Positions 59,455-64,000 of a stretch of DNA of 64,000 nt are shown piece by piece. Position numbers and translations under genes: made by a program. The stretch comes from Okamejei kenojei (Eukaryota), in contig CM069134.1 of the NCBI GenBank assembly GCA_035221665.1, positions 86,924,001-86,988,000 of the forward strand, written 5' to 3'. Each line of letters begins with the position of its first letter. Position 1 is the first letter of the stretch. Under the pieces are notes generated by a model that made no database searches, was not told where the DNA came from, and saw nothing but the letters and a program-made list of their open reading frames with translations.

Positions 59455-61405
59455 AGGACACAGAACATAGAATAGGACAGCAGAAGAACAGGCCCTTCGC
59501 ATAAGGGCTGTCCTGAACATGATGCGACATTAAACTAATCCCATCTTCCTGCAACTGATCCATATCCCTCCATGCCTTGCATGGTCACGTGCCTGTCATT
59601 TTCATTTCTTTTTCCACCAACACCCCTGGCAGCACATTCCAGGAAACTATCAAGCCTGCACATCTCCTTTAAACGTTGCCCCTCTCACTTTAAAGCTGTG
59701 ACCTCTGATATTTGACATTTCCACACTGGGAGAAAGATTCTAACTTTCTATCCTATTATGCCGCCCATAACTTTATAAACTTGTGCCAGATCTTCCCTTG
59801 GCCTCTGATGCTCCAGCGCAAATAATCCAAGTCCGTCCGTCGTCTCCGTTCACTAATATTCTCCAATCCAGACAACATCTTGTTGAGTCTGAAGAAGGGT
59901 CTCAACTCGAAACGTCACCCATTCCTTCCCTCCAGAGATGCTGCCTGTCTTGCTGAGTTACTCCAGCATTTTGTGTCTATCTTTGATGTGAACATCTTAT
60001 TGAACCTCTTTTGCCTCCAAATCTTTCATATCAAACAGTGATCAGAACTGCAAACAACACTTCAAATGTGACCTGACTAAGTTTTATAAAACTGTGACAT
60101 GTTTTCTTGGCTATTACATTCAGAGCCTCAACAGTAAAGGCAAGCATGCCATATGCCTTCTTTACCACACTGTCAATTTATGTTGCCACAAGATTATCTT
60201 TACACATCAATGTTCCAAAGGGTCCTGCCATTTACTGTAAACTTTGCCCTTGCATTTGACTTCCAAGGCACAACACCTCACACTTGTCCAGATTAAATTC
60301 CATTTGCCATTTCTCAAACTGATATATATGGTTGCAAAATATAGCAGTCAATTTGGTTCAATGGTTCTATGGTGCTTTTTATTGTCACATGTGCAAATGC
60401 ACCATGTAATTAATTTCTTACATACACCACAGTATGTTACACACATTTTCTTACAGTCCAGTAAAGTATCGCCATACCTAATCACATCCTGATTAGTAAA
60501 ATATACAGAAATAGTCGACTGAGCTTGCATGAAAGACCTGCCAAAGTTGGCGTCATTTTCCAACTCTAGTCCACGCTCTAGTTCTTATGAGGGTGCCTGA
60601 TCCAGACAAGCCCCATGTTGCTCTAGGCCTCCAGTCATCACCCGACCAGTGAACCGATGTCCTCTCCTCGCTCATCCTCTTTTGTGCCTCACAGCGCCTC
60701 CCACAGCTGACTTTGAGGGTACTGTAGGCAAGTCCCCGTTCCCTCTCCTACTTAACCCTTGCCCGTCACATCCGTCGTCATCACTGGCTCCGTCCTCCTG
60801 GTCTCTGGTCTTCAGGGGATGAGCAGGGGCCGGCTCCACGCTTCCCCCCTTCAGGGCCCTACAAGAAGGGGCCGCATCCTTTGACAGCTGTCTTCACTAA
60901 TCACAACTCCATCAACTTTTGTGTTGTCTGTAAACGTAATGATCAGCCCATTTTACATTTTTGTTCAAATTATTTACATTTATCACAAACAGCAGAGGTT
61001 CCTGCACTGATCCCATTAATCGCAAACCTCCAATTAGAAAAACACCATCCACCTCTACTCTTTGTCTTCTATAGCCAAGCCAATTCTGAATCCAATCTAC
61101 CAACTCACCATGGTTTCCATGTGTCTTAATCATTTGGATCACCCTAACAGGAGGAACCTTGTCAAATGCCTTACTAAAGTACACATAGACAACACCACTG
61201 CCCTACCCTCATCAATCATCTGCATTACCTCCTAATGATTGACTCCTCATTCAAGTCCGTAAGATATGTCCTGCCCTGCAAAAGGTCATGCTGACTATCC
61301 TTAATAAGCCCAAGCATTACCAAATACAAGTAAATCCTATCCCTATGAATCCTCACCAGTAGCTTCCATACCAGTGATGTAAAGCTCACTGATCTATAAT
61401 TTCCA
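59455..61405 (-). mobile_element. Old CR1 (RT to 3' UTR), interrupted by a Penelope arm (59887-59991) and a SINE-like insertion (about 60348-60880)
   Basis: YFSKAFDKVP...WIQNWL..RRQRV (ORF 60912-61184) and a CR1 3' UTR at 59455-59640. The Penelope arm has the TSD AACATCTT(G/A)TTGA. Confidence 0.75.
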
Positions 61406-62642
61406 AGGGCAATATATAGCGGTCAATTAACTGACCAACTCCTAAAGATTTAGGACATGCGAGGAAACTGGAGATTTTGGGGGTCATGGGAAAACGTGCA
61501 AACTCCACACACAGACAGGACTGGAGATGGAGCAAAGCCAAGGTATCTAAAATTCAAGGGCATAGTTCTAGGATAAGGAGTAAGACGTTTAGAGGGACTC
61601 TGAGGAAGACATTTTTTTCACCATCACCGTTGATTTGCTATTGTCACATGTTCTGAGATTCAATGAAAACCGTTTTGTGCACTTTCCTACCATACAGGAG
61701 CACTATCAAGCCATACGTGATTACGACAGTCAGTGCAGAAAGAGAAAGGAAAATATTGCATAGTATAGTATAATGTTAAAGCTATAGAGAAAGTGTCGAT
61801 ATTAAAAAGAAGTGCTGGGAGAACAATGGGGGTCCTCATTGGGGATACATTGATGAGAGGTCTGTTCACGAATCATTGGAATCTGACACACACTGCTTGA
61901 TGCAGACAGAGACTCGTACAGCTTTTGAGAAGTACCTAAACAATCATTTGAATTGCCAAAGCATAGAAGGCTATGGACCATGTACTGGATAAATGGTTTA
62001 ATATAGATAGGTGCTTGATTGCCAGCTAGGACTTCATTCTCAGCACGGGCCTGTTTCTGTGCTGTTTGACTCCATGAATATGTTATGTGCAATCTCCAGC
62101 TTTGACTACTCACACCAGTAAATAAAATCTCACATCTACTCTTTCAAATCCTTTTATAATTGTAACGATCCCACTGAGTCACCCCTCAGTCTATTTATTC
62201 CATGATGGAAATTTCCATACCAGCAAATTCTTTTCACACTTTTTCCAAAGCCTCTATTTCCTTCCTGTAATCTGGAGACCAGAACTGTGCAGAGGTCACT
62301 TCTTAAGGATCATAAATCTTCTATTACTATCTGTTCCTCTTGTAAATGACTTTGAAGAATTTCCTTCCTTCCAGACTGCTGGACACTGTAATTCAGAGCT
62401 TTTCAGTTCTCTTGCCATCAGATTGAAATATGCAATGGGGATTCTTAAACATGCAAGTGCAGGGTAACCAGTAATAAGTGTTCCTTCACGTTTTCAAGGA
62501 TTACATTTACTTGATTACATCCAACCTCCAGGCAGGTTTTTAAACCGAGTTCATGGAAAAAAAAAGATTTTACTTTTGCCAGTTAGTTAAGAACTCCAAT
62601 TTAATGATCAGCCATGGCACGAGAGAAAGTAGCATTTGAAAT

Positions 62643-62975
62643 AGGCTTGGATATAATGGATGTGGAGAGGATGTTTCCACTGGTGGGAGAGTCTAGGACT
62701 AGAGGTCATAGCCTCAGAATTAAAGGATGTTCCTTTAGGAAGGAGATGAAAAGGAATTTCTTTAGTCAGAGGGTGGTGAATCTGTGGAATTCTTTGCTGT
62801 GGGGGCCAAATCAATGTACATTTTTAAGGCAGAGATAGATAGATTCTTGATTAGTACGGGTGCCAGGGGTTATGTGAAGAAGGCAGGAGAATGGGGTTAG
62901 GAGTGAGAGATAGATCAGTCATGATTGAATGGCAGAGTAGACTTGATTGAATGATGGAGTAGAATTCTGCTCCTA
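62643..62975 (+). mobile_element. CR1 3' fragment
   Basis: GLDIMDVERMFPLVGESRTRGHSLRIKG...FFSQRVVNLWNSL. Confidence 0.88.
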
Positions 62976-63069
62976 TCAGACATGCTGCCTGACCCACTGA
63001 GTTACACCAGCACTTTGTGTCTTTTTTTTGTAAGCGGACATCTGCAGTCCCTTGTTTCTTCAGATAAGA

Positions 63070-63625
63070 TAGCCACTTCTCGCTCCTTGGTGCCATCATT
63101 GATATGAATGAGGGCTTCTCTCATTCAGAAAGTCCCAAACTCAGAGGAGTCTGAAAGGGCTGATTCTTCAGAATCACCATCCACAGCCAGCATGTCTGAG
63201 TATCTCTCTAAGATTGGACTGCGCTCTTGCTTCTGAGTGAGAAGTTTGTAGCTTTAAAACCAAATCCTGATAATCTTGACTGATGTTCCTAAGGCGCAGA
63301 CAGAAAGCTGCACCATCATAAGGTCAAAGGTAATACGTGCAAAATTAGGTAATTCAAGTCTACTCCGTCATTCAACCATGGCTGATCTAACTCTCCCTCC
63401 TAACCCCGTTCTCCTGCCTCTCCCCATAACTTTTGACACCCATACTAATCAATAATCTATCTAGCTCTGCTTTAAGATAGAGGTACCGACTTTCAGGTGA
63501 GACATTACACCATTGCCCTAACATGTTTGACAGATATCTTATCATTGAGTGTTTTGCAGTGCAATCAATGGATGGATTGACCAGAACATCGGCAATGTAG
63601 TTAGTTCCAACTACATACATAGCAG
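63070..63625 (-). pseudogene. Highly decayed Gypsy-like pol relic (RNase H end to integrase zinc finger), split by a CR1 tail at about 63316-63475
   Basis: Minus-strand motifs in the expected order: YVVGTNYIADVL (like YxPGxxNxxADxLS), RYSDMLAVDG/VILKNQ (like RDELxVxDGxILKG), and MREALIHINDG-HQG-.EK across frameshifts (like LxxIHxGHQGxEKC). Confidence 0.5.
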
Positions 63626-64000
63626 TTGGAACTAACCAAGTGCTATACAACAATACTATCAAACAAAGCTTGAGACTGGGTCACATGAGACGATATTAGA
63701 TAGAATTACTTAGAATCCACAGCACAAAAAAGACCCTTGCTACCCAATTAATGTTTACTAGTGTTGGCTGTGACCAGTGTTTCCCCTTGGCCAGAGAGCT
63801 TTTGTACAGAAGATGGATGGTGACGTGACTCACCTTCTTCTGCTAAAACTTCCTGGCTGGGCTCCAAGAGTCTGGCTTTCACAGATTTTCAGTGATATCG
63901 AGAGAGAAATAGTGTCATAGTTTTCAGAAGTATCACATTAAATTTTCCTTCCTGCCATCTCTTCTTGGCAGGCACCTCCCATAATATTTATAAATAAAAT

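Overview
This is a repeat-dense vertebrate window, almost certainly from a cartilaginous fish and probably a skate or ray. That call is an inference from HE1-type V-SINEs, HER1/CR1 LINEs, Deu-domain SINE relics and Penelope-derived repeats. No host protein-coding exon could be identified, so the window reads as intergenic DNA or a large intron, with an assembly gap at 34860-35053. Recognisable content: (1) a full-length but decayed DIRS1-type tyrosine-recombinase retrotransposon (16708-21360) with ITRs, an internal complementary region, and RT, RNase H, methyltransferase-like and YR domains; (2) two IR/DR Tc1 transposons, one nearly intact; (3) many CR1, L2 and Rex1/Babar fragments; (4) a Penelope GIY-YIG fragment and many short Penelope-derived fold-back elements with a minimal hammerhead-ribozyme-like core and 13-14 bp target-site duplications; (5) a solo LTR carrying an inverted 140-bp copy of DNA from about 1 kb away; (6) two Helitron-like elements, a Harbinger-like MITE, a Tigger/pogo-like MITE and a Gypsy pol relic; (7) several repeat-poor islands that are candidate conserved non-coding elements. 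All calls were made by eye without database searches, and boundaries of old repeats are approximate.
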